A DNA stretch of 64,000 nt from Eledone cirrhosa (Eukaryota). Positions within the stretch are counted from its first letter, which is position 1, and each line of letters begins with the position of its first letter. Positions 41,915 through 53,672 of the stretch are shown in pieces. Made by a program: the position numbers and the translations under genes. Location of the stretch: contig OZ024747.1 of assembly GCA_964016885.1 (NCBI GenBank), positions 30,132,001 through 30,196,000 on the forward strand, read 5' to 3'. The notes beneath the pieces are model-generated. The model did not search any database. It was not told the DNA's origin and was given only the letters and a program-made list of their open reading frames with translations.

Positions 41915-43917
41915 GATAATCAGGTCCTTCCCAGCTAGCAGCTGCAGAGTTGTTGATGGTCTCTGACCAGGCCTCCTCAAGGAGTTGATATCTCCCCTCT
42001 CCGCTGAGGCCGGGCGCCGCCTTCTGAGTGCAATTGTGGCGCTCACCAATAGGCTCATCCATGGCGCCCTGGACTCTTACGCTCGAGGCCTCTTTTTTTC
42101 GGCCAGCCTCACCGCTCTCAGGAAGAAAGAGGGTGGCATATGCCCCATTGCTGTGGGCAATGTCTTCCGGAGGCTGGCTGCCAAGGTGATCTGCAAGTCC
42201 GTAACACTCGGAACCGGCATCCAGGGACTCCAGCCACCTCATTGTCAAGTTTGACATGAGGAATGCCTTCAACTATTTACGCTGGGATCATCTGCTCGAG
42301 GCCTGCCTCAGCCGAGCCCCCTCTGTCTACCTGTCATATGGATCCCTGAGCATGCTCCTGGCTGCCGTTACGGTCATACCCTCGGCTACTGGGGTCCAAC
42401 AGGGCAACCCTTTGGGACCCCTCCTGTTCACCCTTGGTATTGACCACATCGCCCGGAGTATAACGGCCCCTCTCAACGTTTGGTATCTGGATGATGCTAC
42501 TTTGGGTGGGCCCGTACAGACGGTCTGCCATGACCTTCAATCGGTGGTTCCTGTCCTGGCGGGAATCGACCTCCAGTTCAACTCAGCCAAGTCGGAGGTG
42601 GTGAATGTCAGCCTCGATGCTGCAAGCTTCGCAGTCTCCGTCTTGGACGTGCGGTCCATTCTCCGCCAGGTTCAGGTGACCCCCTAAGAGTATGCCCTCA
42701 CCGATCAACCCGCCGGCCATCCGCTCCACCATCAGGTCCTGGCTTCAAAAGCTCCAGACTCTCACAAGCCGACTGGGCTTGATTGATGGCCACCCAGTTC
42801 TCTTTCTGCTGAGGAACTGCTACGCCATGCCGAAGCTCCTCTATACACTCTGTGCTACACTCAGACATCTCTCCTCGCTGAGCTCGATACTTGTATCCGA
42901 GCAGCAGCCGAGGAGATATGCAACTTTACCTGTCAGGTATGGCGGCCTTCGCCTCCAGTCCCCGATTTCACTAGCTTTGCCGGCGTATCTTTCGTCGGTA
43001 ACCTCGTGCCACGTCCTCGTCAGCAGGGTTCTTCAAAACACAACAGTACCCTCTGTGTTCAGAGAACGCGTGGTCGCCTGTGAGACGTGGGACAGGCTGG
43101 GACTTAGCCCAGTAGACGTCCCTCCTCCTTCTCCTCCTGTTGGCGTCAAGTCCCCCCCCAACACACTTGGGATGCCATCTAGTGCAGCCTGGCCTCAGAC
43201 AGGCTCACGCGCCAGCTCGACCAGCACCGCCTTGTTTGTTTTCGTGCGGCCTCCAAACCCTACAGTGGTGCCTGGCTCCATGCCCTGCCCTCCTTCTCCA
43301 CTGGCACGCAGCTAGACAACCATAGCCTGCGCATCGGCGTTTCCCTGAGGCTCGGCCTCACACCAATGTCGCTGCGGTTCCACCATGGACTCTTTCGGCC
43401 TCCACCCGCTTTCCTGTCACCACAGTGCCGGCCGCAATCCACGCCATGCTGCCCTCAACGAGGTCATTAAGCATGGCTTGGACGCTGCAGGATTCCCTTC
43501 CCAGCTCGAGGGGACGGCAAAAGGCCAGATGGCATGACCATCTTCCCGTTCTGCGGTGGCAAACCCCTCGTCTGGGATGCCACTTGCACCGACACTTTCT
43601 GCAGCCGCAACCTGGTGCAGTCTGCGACTGGCCCAGGTTCTGCTGCACGTCAGGCTGAGGGGGCCAAACTCCTCAAATATCGGTCGCTCTCCGACAGGTT
43701 TGCGGTCGTACCCCTGGAAGTGGAGACTTCTGGTGTCCTCGGCTCCAGGGCTACCTCCTTACTCACCACTATAGGCGCTGAGCTGTCCAGCCGCAGGTGT
43801 GAGCCCCGCGAGTTGGAGTGGCTTTTCCAGCGCGTCTCCCTGGCCGTGCTCCGGGTAAACGCCTTCTCCATTCTGTCCGCCGGGGCTGTGGGTGGGCCCC
43901 ATCGCGTACCGTTGTAG
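41915..43917 (+). mobile_element. Decayed, 5'-truncated CRE-clade non-LTR retrotransposon (RT + restriction-like endonuclease)
   Basis: GC-rich, frameshifted motifs IRSFP..S...[81 protein letters not shown]...GKPLVWDATC.DT and KLLKY..L. Confidence 0.85.
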
Positions 43918-44285
43918 TTGTTGTAGAAGAAACAGGGAGACAACAACTGGAATATATACAAAACAACTAAATCTCTTAAATAACTTCACTTATATCCAAA
44001 ATATGATTTGTATATACATCAACAGTGACTCATTATTATACGCCGGTCACAACCCCACTGCAAAAACGATATCTATATAACAACCCCACCGTAAAACTAC
44101 TCTTCCCCACTTTACAAACACTTTATATTATTTGTCATTAAGGTTTCTTAAAATAAATATATATACGTATGTGTAGTAATTAGTATGGGGGCTAAGAGAA
44201 GAGACGAGTGTGTGTTGATGGAGGGCACATGAGACCAGCAAAGTCCTAAAAGTAGAGACCAGTAAATGAGATAAGGTCCTAGCTA

Positions 44286-44860
44286 TGTTAAAAATATAAA
44301 TAAGAAACATGTTCTATACATTTAAGAAGACAAGAGAAACATGTTCTATGTGGTTAGAAAAAGCTATCTCACTTACCGCTTTTCATAGGCGCCGCTAAAC
44401 TCCACTGCAGGTTACTCCTCTTCCACGTGCGTCCAACTGCTTAACACCGGGAGCTTCCCAAACTCGCGTTCACACCGTTGCTGGTCACCACTAGAGAGAG
44501 GCCCTCTGCTGTCCCTTCCGGTCGAGCATCCTTCCGGCCAAGCACCCTTCCGGTCGAGCACTCCCCCTTTTCCGGCCACCGCACGCCACACCATACCCAC
44601 ACGCCCCCTGATCTCAAAGATCAATTTCCTCCTCGTCCTTCTGCATATGAAAGTCTGCTGTCCAGGTTGGTGGTTTACGACTTCTTTGCGATTTCCGCAG
44701 TGTTGGGGCAGCACTTTGGGTTTCCACTTCCTCGGAGTCCGTTGACACAGTGATTCTACGTACATCCAGGACATGACGTGGTACTCCGTCCACGGACACA
44801 TTGTTCTGTGAATTTACGGCCGTCACCGTTCCCCTTCCCCATTCAGATGTGCAACGTGCC
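44286..44860 (-). mobile_element. Ty3/Gypsy 3' fragment: integrase C-terminus, polypurine tract and 3' LTR (~44286-44601)
   Basis: Translation ARCTSEWGRGTVTAVNSQNNVSVDGVPRHVLDVR...LRKSQRSRKPPTW..DF. PPT-like GAGATCAGGGGGCG is followed by TG at 44601. The LTR end (...TTTAACA near 44286) is tentative. Confidence 0.7.
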
Positions 44861-44910
44861 AGTAATGCACTGGGTATTTGGTGGCCTTGTGCCTAAAGTA
44901 GAAACAATTA
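44858..44910 (+). mobile_element. SINE 3' fragment (same family as 46928-47113)
   Basis: CCAGTAATGCACTGGGTATTTGGTGGCCTTGTGCCTAAAGTAGAAACAAT is nearly identical to the SINE 3' end. Confidence 0.8.
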
Positions 44911-45216
44911 TATATTAGTCAAAGTGTAGCAAGGGGAGACAACTATTTTTTAAAATTAAATTGTTACAAATACATTTTTCGATAATAAAATCTATTTCTC
45001 TAATATAAATTATAATAATTTAAAGTCCATTAAGGGGAGATAACGTAATTGTTAAATAAACTGTTCTCTCCCTTACAATTAGACTTTCAAATAAAATTTA
45101 TGTTGCAAATAGAAATACAAAGTCTAGTAAAGGGAGAGAAATCAATTATTGATTATAGTACATTCTCTCCCGTGGAATTATATATTTTTGGGAAATTAAA
45201 TATCTAATTGTCTGGC

Positions 45217-45290
45217 AGGGGTCGATAAAATAAAGTACCAGTAATGTACTGGTTAATTGCTGGCCTTGTGCCAAAGGTAGAAACAATAAT
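45217..45290 (+). mobile_element. SINE 3' fragment
   Basis: GGGGTCGATAAAATAAAGTACCAGTAATGTACTGG...GGCCTTGTGCCAAAGGTAGAAACAAT. Confidence 0.8.
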
Positions 45291-45813
45291 TTTACATATA
45301 TATGTCTATAAAAATTGGCTGTTTTATAAATATATATAGTTGGTACGGTTAGTTAGAAGAGAGTGTTAACTGGTGTATGTGTGTGTAAAAAAGAAATAGC
45401 CAATTTTTACGCATAGATATGGTACAGTTATTTTTCGAACTCGAAATGCGTCAAACTGATAACAGATATCTTAATTATTAACTGTCCTCTCTAAAAAACC
45501 TTCCCGTTATTTTAAAAATAAAATCTGTATCTCGCAATTAACTCATTTCTGCAGATAAACTGGGCAGAGATACGGTTTCTCCCTTTCTAAAAAATCACGG
45601 GATTCTTCTCGCTTATTATACAAACTAATCCCAACTGTAAACCCGACACCGACCATTAATCTTAAAACAACCTGACCGCCACCCCAAACAAACTAGACAA
45701 CTAATAAAATATATATAATATATAATATAAATATATAATATAAATATATATATATAAAATATATAATATATAATATAAATATATATATATAATATATATA
45801 TAATATAATATAT

Positions 45814-46807
45814 ATATTGTTATACTTTGGGAGGGTCATGTGGCCAATAAGAAACACACGCACCAGCAGGTTTCACTTAGAAGGGCCCTAGATAAACATA
45901 AGCTCAATATTAAGATAGTAGAAAGGCCAGGTACCTCCGTAAAACACTTATTAGCAAGACATACCCTTTTCAAAGACCCCCCCCCCCTGTATAGATAAGA
46001 AATGTATAACCTGTAAAATAAGCCCCCATATTAACTGTAAAACTAGAAATGTAGTGTATAGCATAAGATGTACTGAAGGACAATGTAGAGACAAAAATAT
46101 AGTGTACATAGGTGAGACAGCTCGTAGTGTAGAGGAACGGATAAATGAACACTAGCGATACCTTAAAGATAGTAAAGAATCATCTGTACTCTAGCAACAT
46201 GCTAAAATAGAACATAAGGGTAAATTAGAGAACATAGAAATAAAAATAGAATCTACACACAGAAAAGACGCAATGTTTAGACAAATCACAGAGGCAATAA
46301 ACATAAAAGAATTACAACCAAAATTAAATAGAAAATATGAGTGGAACAGCAACATCACAACTTACAATTAAGGACAAAATGAAAACACACACGCACATAG
46401 AACAAACAACCAACCAGTAACATGTAAATAAACAAATAAATACCCGAATGTGGCGCATGCGCAGACTGAGCACACAACACACACACAGAAACAAAATGGC
46501 GTAGGACAGAACAAAGGAGAGGCACAAAAACAAAGAAAAGAAAAGAATCTCCAGTCACTGAAGAGGTCACATGATGTGTGACGAAAGAACTTTGACAATA
46601 TATAAACAACTATCTGGTTGTGGAACCAACCAACCAACCAGAAATTTATAAATTCCTAAATTTATAAATTTATTATAATAAATTGAAGTGAAAGCAACTG
46701 GTGCGTGTGTTTCTTATTGGCAACATGACCCTGCCAAAGTATAACAATATCGGTTTCAACACACGTTTTCAGATAAAGAATCTTGCTAAACAAATTCAGA
46801 AACGAAA
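45814..46807 (+). mobile_element. Truncated, diverged PLE family A copy (GIY-YIG remnant + 3' region) with a 65-bp inverted arm at its 5' side
   Basis: 45879-46807 aligns by eye with 39747-40737 plus the tail. 45814-45878 is the reverse complement of 46686-46750. In-frame stops and frameshifts are present, and the flanks are TA-rich. Confidence 0.9.
46554..46596 (+). ncRNA. Minimal hammerhead ribozyme (PLE family A, third copy)
   Basis: GTCA-CTGAAGA-G-GTCACA tgatg TGTGAC-GAAA-GAAC-TT|TGAC. Core and stems are conserved while loop II differs from the other copies. Confidence 0.85.
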
Positions 46808-46927
46808 TAATATATATAATATATAATATAAATATATATATATAATATAAATATATATATATATAATATATATAATATATAATATAATATATATATATAT
46901 ATATAATATACATATATAATATATATA

Positions 46928-47113
46928 ATTGTTTCTACTTTAGGCACAAGGCCAGCAAATACCCAGTGCATTACTGGTACTTTATTTTATCGACCCCGTA
47001 AGGATAAAAGGCAAAGTCAACCTCGACGAGATTTGAACTCAGATCGTAAAGGGACGTAACTATGCTGGAAAGCATGGCGCCCGACCCTCTACTGATATTG
47101 CCAATCCACCGCC
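46928..47113 (-). mobile_element. tRNA-derived SINE resembling the abundant octopod SINE
   Basis: Minus strand has GGCGGTGGATTGGCAATATCAGTAG (A-box-like), TGAGTTCAAATC (B-box-like) and GAGGTTGACTTTGCCTTTTATCCTTACGGGGTCGATAAAATAAAGTACCAGT. The family was recognised from memory, not by search. Confidence 0.8.
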
Positions 47114-47132
47114 TTTATATATAATATATATA

Positions 47133-48117
47133 ATATTTCCAAAAAGCGAATGAAAATACATAGGGTAGAGACTTAATTTTGGCATGTACATTTTTTCTTC
47201 TAACTTTGAAATTGTATATGTCTAATCAATTTCTACGGGCTATTAGAAATACTAGATAAATCTTCCGTGGCTGTTGATCGCGGATATAATAGCTATCATT
47301 TATTTATCTATTATTTCTTCATAGGTACATTTTAAACTTATAGCTTCGTTTAATTGATTTTTTGTGTGGTTAATTATGCTGATTGGGAGAAGAAATACTG
47401 TATATATTTTATCAAATATATCAAACTTACTTTCTTATATATTGCTCTGATTCTTGATTATTTAATTAATTAATTCGACATTGAGCCACACCGTGAATAG
47501 TTACACACATATATATATATCTATGGCTCTGTCTAATTTTTGTATATGTAAATCTATATATTTTATAAACTCCCGTATGGTTGAGTAACAATTTAGGCAG
47601 TATTCGGCTGTGCTTTCTAACAACCAGCCTACTCGCCGTCAGGCACCAACACAAGCTTTCTAACTTGGCCATGTGACAGTTCTTAGCCATTTTGAATTCG
47701 TTTCTGGCGGGGATCATTTAAGAAAAATCTTTGTCTAATTGAGTTTCTTTCCTGATGATTTCGAAACTCATGAATTTATCCATAATCGGATATTTCCAAA
47801 AAGCGAATGAAACCTAATGGGGTAGAGACATAATTTTGACATGTTTATGTACATTTTTTCTTCTAACTTTGATTTTGTACCTAATTGTCTAATCAATTCC
47901 TTATCAATTTGTTATAACAAATACTAGGTAAATCTTCCGTGGCTGTTGATCGCGGATAAAATAGCTATCATTTATTTATCTATTGTTTCTTCATAGGTAT
48001 ATTTTAAACTTATAGCCTCGTTTAATTGATTTTTTGTGTGGTAAATTATGCTGATTGGGAGAAGAAATACTGTATATATTTTATCAAATGATTCTATAGA
48101 CTTACTTTCTTATATAT
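47133..48117 (+). mobile_element. Non-coding partial tandem (~657-bp unit, ~1.5 copies) with one hammerhead; retrozyme-like or pLTR-derived
   Basis: 47133-47440 is repeated, with divergence, at 47790-48117. HHR at 47748-47828. No relevant ORF. A further copy lies at ~59925-60455 (minus). Confidence 0.75.
47748..47828 (+). ncRNA. Type-I hammerhead with extended loop II
   Basis: TTTC-CTGATGA-T-TTCG[~40-nt insert with a TATCC/GGATA hairpin]CGAA-T-GAAA-CCTAATGGGG-TA|GAGA. Confidence 0.7.
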
Positions 48118-48132
48118 AATATATATAATATA

Positions 48133-48177
<45 letters not shown>

Positions 48178-48201
48178 ATAATATATATATTATATATATA
48201 T

Positions 48202-50085
48202 ATATTAATAAGAGGAATTCCAACTTTGTCTGATTTACTCGTTTTATTTACAATCCTTTAAAATATATATAATGGTATTATAATGAAATAGTATGATAGA
48301 ATATTAAATTCTAAGTGTTAATTGAACAAGTACTTTCATGCTTTCGCAATTTTCAGGTTCATGATATGTGGTGACAGTCGAGTTTGCAATTTTCAACTGT
48401 AATGAGATGGGTAAATTTCCTACCTTTTATACATTTTATACAGAGAAAAGTGGCTCCAGAATGCAAAGCCCTGTAAACTGTATTTCGACCAATAGGTGTG
48501 TAGTTTCACTGAATTACTACAGCTGATTGGTTTAAGCGTCACGGCTGGTTGAGCATGCTAACGACCAATAGTCATATCCAACGTATCAATTGTTTTGCTT
48601 TTTTGAAATGATGAAAATAGCATTTTCTATTAATCATCACCATCAACATCACTTTTATTATTATTATTATTATTGTTGTTGTTGTTGTTGTTGTTAGTGG
48701 TCGTGGTCATAGTGGTAGTAGAAGTAATACCCCTAGGCGTTATTATTGTTCATTTAGCTTGGGTTTGAATTTATCAATAAAATTCTTTTCTTTGATTTTT
48801 CTCTTGATTTCACTTGGGCTGTGTAATTTGTAGAATGGGAATATTATAAATATTCCCTGACCATACAACAACTTAGAACAACCCAAGGAAGAAGAAACCA
48901 AGAACTGGTCATACCATTTATAATGACACACAACCCATGTCACCAGAATATCTTCAACACTGCCAAAGCAAACCTACCGATCATTGCTCAAAGTAATGAA
49001 TTAAAAGGCTTAATCACAGATCGATCTTTGACTCTTAGTAAAAGACAGCCAAAAAATTTGAAGCAATTGCTAACAAAAGCAAAGTTTGACCTTAACAACA
49101 AAGACCAATCATTCACTGTATCTAAATGCAATGATAATCGATGCGGCACATGTCAATCCATACACGCCGGTCAATATATGAAAACAAAAACTGGAAAAAT
49201 ATTCCCAAATGCAAATATGAACTGCAAAAGCAGAAATCTAATTTACTGCATTAAATGCCCGATTGTGAAGAACTATATGTCGGTCAAACTGGAAATGAAC
49301 TATCGGAACGTGCACGGGTACAACGTCAACAAATCAGAGACCCAAATGTCCGTCAGATACCCCTAAGCGGCCACCTGGTAACATGTGGTCAGGGAATATT
49401 TATAATATTCCCATTCTACAAATTACACAGCCCAAGTGAAATCAAGAGAAAAATCAAAGAAAAGAATTTTATTGATAAATTCAAACCCAAGCTAAATGAA
49501 CAATAATAACGCCTAGGGGTATTACTTCTACTACCACTATGACCACGACCACTAACAACAACAACAACAACAACAACAATAATAATAATAATAAAAGTTA
49601 TGTTGATGGTGATGGTTAATAGAAAATGCTATTTTCATCATTTCAAAAAAGCAAAACAATTGATACGTTGGATATGACTATTGGTCGTTAGCATGCTCAA
49701 CCAGCCGTGACGCTTAAACCAATCAGCTGTAGTAATTCAGTGAAACTACACACTGATTGGTCGAAATATAGTTTACAGGGCTTTGCATTCTGGAGCCACT
49801 TTTCTCTGTATAAAATGTATAAAAGGTAGGAAATTTACCCATCTCATTACAGTTGAAAATTGCAAACTCGACTGTCACCACATATCATGAACCTGAAGAT
49901 TGCAAAAGCATGAAAGTACTTGTTCACTTAGAATTTAATATTCTATCATACTATTTCATTATAATACCATTATATATATTTTAAAGGATTGTAAATAAAA
50001 CGAGTAAATCAGACAAAGTTGGAATTCCTCTTATTAATATAATCTTCTATACACAATCATACACACCCGTGTATATTTACCTATC
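48202..50085 (+). mobile_element. PLE family B (Neptune-like GIY-YIG 3' fragment) with ~660-bp inverted arms and a 45-nt 3' tail
   Basis: 48202-48863 is the reverse complement of 49386-50040. The frameshifted ORF at 48923-49506 reads THNP...SKRQPKNLKQLL...SKCNDNRCGTC...MNCKSRNLIYCIKCP/DCEELYVGQTG..LSER. Both ends abut TA repeats. Confidence 0.92.
49888..49926 (+). ncRNA. Minimal hammerhead (PLE family B); mutated antisense copy at 48323-48361
   Basis: TGAAC-CTGAAGA-T-TGC aaaa GCA-T-GAAA-GTAC-TT|GTTCA, with palindromic stem III AAGTACTT. The minus copy has core CTGAAAA and a GAAA loop II. Confidence 0.8.
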
Positions 50086-50173
50086 TATATATATATCTCT
50101 CTCTCTCTCTATATATATATATGTGTATATATATATTATGTATAGTTATGTAATAAACAACATAAGATAATTA

Positions 50174-50233
50174 TTTCATTTACCAGTGGTTTCTTGAAAG
50201 CAAACAGATTTGCTTTCAGTCATCAGAATGAAA
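50174..50233 (-). ncRNA. Type-I hammerhead ribozyme in a short TA-flanked element (~50142-50345)
   Basis: TTTCATT-CTGATGA-C-TGAAAGCAAA tctg TTTGCTTTCA-A-GAAA-CCACTGG-TA|AATGAAA: 7-bp stem I, 10-bp stem II, GUA triplet. Confidence 0.88.
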
Positions 50234-50434
50234 AAATCCTGGTGTATTTATTGACAGTGGATTTGAAAAACAAAAATATAATATATATGAAAGTGAGGCT
50301 GAAGGAAGAAGAAGGAAAGGAGAAAAGAATAATAAATAAAACAGTAGATGAACACAAACGCACACACACACACACACATATACGCATATATATATATATA
50401 TATACATATTTATACACATATATATATATATATA

Positions 50435-51106
50435 TAAACAATTAAGTTAAAAATGTACATCTACATATGCATACTGAAATACTAGTGTGTATATGAATAC
50501 ACACACGTATACATATGTAGGTGTACCAAGTCTTTCACTGGTCGCTTTACAGTGAGCGGCGCAGCTATTCTGTATATAAACACACAGACAAACCGGTTTT
50601 TAGAGTCATACTCCAGAAAGCCAGACAATGAATATTGAACTAGTTTCGTTGTTGTTACAACTCATCAGCAATATTTACCTATCTACCGGCCTTTCTGGAG
50701 AATTGTAAAAGCACATATCGTTATATGCTTTTTCTATGAAAATTAGTAGTGGGCAGACTAATTTGCATAGAGTGTGAGTACGCACCGGTTCAGCGGAGAC
50801 GATAAAAACAAATAACGAAACGAAATTAAATTTCGTTTCGTTTGTAACTCACTTTTGTATGACTGACGCTTAAACAATTAAGTTAAAAATGTACATCTAC
50901 ATATGCATACTGAAATACTAGTGTGTATATGAATACACACACGTATACATATGTAGGTGTACCAAGTCTTTCACTGGTCGCTTTACAGTGAGCGGCGCAG
51001 CTATTCTATATGTAAACACACAGACAAACCGGTTTTTAGAGTCATACTGTTTTTATCTGTTAGCTAATAAAACAATGTATTTCTAAGCACTCTTTGATTA
51101 TTCCTA

Positions 51107-51110
<4 letters not shown>
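50435..51110 (-). mobile_element. Retrozyme-like element: 436-bp non-coding unit, ~1.4 copies, one intact hammerhead
   Basis: A 178-bp direct repeat lies at 50435-50612 and 50871-51048 (offset 436, 2 mismatches). HHR at 50631-50675. Several internal stems are visible, and the element is flanked by (TA)n. Confidence 0.8.
50631..50675 (-). ncRNA. Canonical minimal type-I hammerhead ribozyme
   Basis: AATATTG-CTGATGA-GTTGT aaca ACAAC-GAAA-CTAG-TT|CAATATT: 7-bp stem I, G-C closed stem II, palindromic CUAG stem III, GUU triplet. Confidence 0.92.
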
Positions 51111-51136
<26 letters not shown>

Positions 51137-51145
<9 letters not shown>

Positions 51146-51300
51146 GCGTACGTATGTATGTGTACGTACTTATGCGTATGTGTGTATGTATATTTTTATA
51201 TATAGGTTTTTTTATTTTTTATAATTAAATGTGTGTATGTGGTTGTATGTAATTTTTTCATGCAGATATGTACGTGAATGTATTTATATGTTTTAGATAT
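51137..51300 (+). repeat. Dispersed TA-associated repeat module; other copies at ~54200-54350 and ~62685-62840 (minus)
   Basis: Shared GTACGTACTTATGCGTATGTG...GTGGTTGTATGTA...TGCAGATATGTACGTGAAT. A linked module (CAGAGTTATTTAATG...TTGAGTGCTCTAAATC...CCCCTTCCAC) lies at 54060-54200 (minus) and 56383-56520 (plus). Confidence 0.8.
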
Positions 51301-51312
51301 ATGTATATATAA

Positions 51313-51404
<92 letters not shown>

Positions 51405-51740
51405 GTTATATAATAAGGTGCATTATTGGTTGTGTAAAATGGTCCAATAAATTTATGTTAGCAATATTAAGTTCTCCACGCTTTTGTATATCTCCAATTC
51501 CATTCAAGGGAACCGCTAGATGATGTAAAACGGAGTATAAGTATCAAAATGAAAATCCGAAGGAAAGTTAAAATTCCAATCATTTAATCACGACACAGGT
51601 TTCAATAAGAGATAGATCGATTGTGAAGCCATAATCGATTATCACTGATCTCATTAGGTGAAAATGAATTGTCTTCAAATTCTTGATATGAGGGAGAAAA
51701 ATAACGATGTTCTCTCACAGAATTCATTCCCTCATATGAA

Positions 51741-51785
51741 GACATATGTTTCATCCATACAGCATGGCAGGAATCTTCAGAGCCT
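51741..51785 (-). ncRNA. Damaged hammerhead (stem I not formed)
   Basis: CTGAAGA-T-TCC...GGA-T-GAAA-CATATG-TC. The flanks do not pair. Confidence 0.5.
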
Positions 51786-53466
51786 ATAAACATGAGTATA
51801 TCAGTAGTTGCATACTCCATCGAGCTGCGTCACAAGAACAAGGTTAAATGACAAGAAGGGGGAGGGGGATCCCGAGGCTAGCGCTATATGGAAAAAGACA
51901 GAATACATGATGCACATAATGTCATAAAATGTCTTAAAAATTAAAAAATTTAAAATTACACCAAACATTTATCACTTAGATGGTGCCATAGATGATAAAG
52001 AGGTTGGGAGAGGGTAGCAAGGAATGAGTGAGGGTATTACTCAGCATAATCAGAAACAATAAGAAAATAAAAAAATAAATAATAAAAAAGTACAAAAATA
52101 CAGGGATAAGAAAAGAGATAAATGCAAAAATATAAAACAATAAAGGAACAAAAAGCCCGGAGACGCCCACAAAAAATATATAAGACAAAGCAAAGCATAG
52201 ATGCATCAAAGCACAAGCAGTGCAAAAAGGGTGTACAGGCAGATCAAGAGAGTTTGCAAGCATGAGTCTGTGAAAAGATTTGTTGGTTAGCAGTAATGCA
52301 GCCTTACATGTATGATAGTCCAATGAGGGATGGTGTACTCCAATTATATCGCCTTGTAACAGGTCGATTCTCCTTATCATATCCGCACCCTACGAACCAC
52401 ATCGATATGTTCAGTTCCGAACGCTAAGTGAGATAACACTATTTTTCCAAACATATACGCAGGGGATTTATCACCATAGGCGGTTTGGGATATGCACCTA
52501 AAATCTACAATAAAAAATAAAAGAAGGTACGACGAGTTAAAGAAATGGATGGCACATATACAGCCGGCACAGATGTGAAGAAATGGAAAACATTCGGTCA
52601 CTCAATCCAACATGCCATGTGAAATTTACTGTATGTCCAAGTTGGCATTCAACCAATGTATCGCACCGCATACAACTGTACCACATCAAATACAAATCAT
52701 GATGGCATCCCGTTACACACAGAGAAAAAGTATATACAGGAAAATCAGCTTCCAGAACCACATATGGCAGAATGGGCATATATTGTTATAATAGGCGGGT
52801 TTATTATAGTGAGTGCAAATTTCTGTAGAATATATAAATATATATAGAAGGGACAACTCACAACCAAACCCTTCTATGACAGCCATGTTATTTATATTGC
52901 CGCCACATGGCTTTCGTTTAGATTATTAATCCCGAAGTGTGCAATCCATTCACAGTCGGGTGTGACCCCTCCTGGGTCGGCGGGAGTTCAATATCCAGTG
53001 CTGCACTTTGCCTTGAGTGTGGTTCTATAATTCATCAAAGCTGGAACAGAATTCACATTCAATTAACTCCAAGTTTCAAAGATTCGTCTCTCGCTATTGA
53101 CACACAACGGTATTCTGAATATAAACACAGGAAGTCGTAGTGTACGTATGAAAGGTATGGGAGGCAATTCGCGTCATAAAGGGCGGATTCATTTGATACC
53201 CAACGGGGTGCTAGGGGCGACGAGTCTTTTGTTTGATTCGAAGCCCTCGGCGATCAACCTCCCCTCCCCCCTGGGGCTAGGTCGATTCAGCAGCGCCCAG
53301 CCCACACGACTTGCTATACTAGGTTAGATCTATTACACACTCTAGGGTTAAGGTTAACTATAACGGCTCTGTAGTATACTAGTTATCCTACTTTGAGCTA
53401 AAACCGCACTGTCATACCAAGGGCAATATATCTACATGTCTGGGCATATTGATATACTTGTCAACG

Positions 53467-53541
<75 letters not shown>

Positions 53542-53573
53542 TATATATATATATATACATATACACACACAAT

Positions 53574-53659
<86 letters not shown>

Positions 53660-53672
53660 AAAATATATATAT

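Noticed and set aside
48202-50040. DNA transposon with long TIRs
   Set aside because: The inverted arms consist of PLE endonuclease and pLTR sequence with an HHR. There is no transposase, and the ends are asymmetric (3' tail).
53356-53372. TAACTATAACGG, matching the start of the I-CeuI site in LSU rRNA
   Set aside because: Only 12 bp match and there is no surrounding rRNA similarity; this is likely chance.
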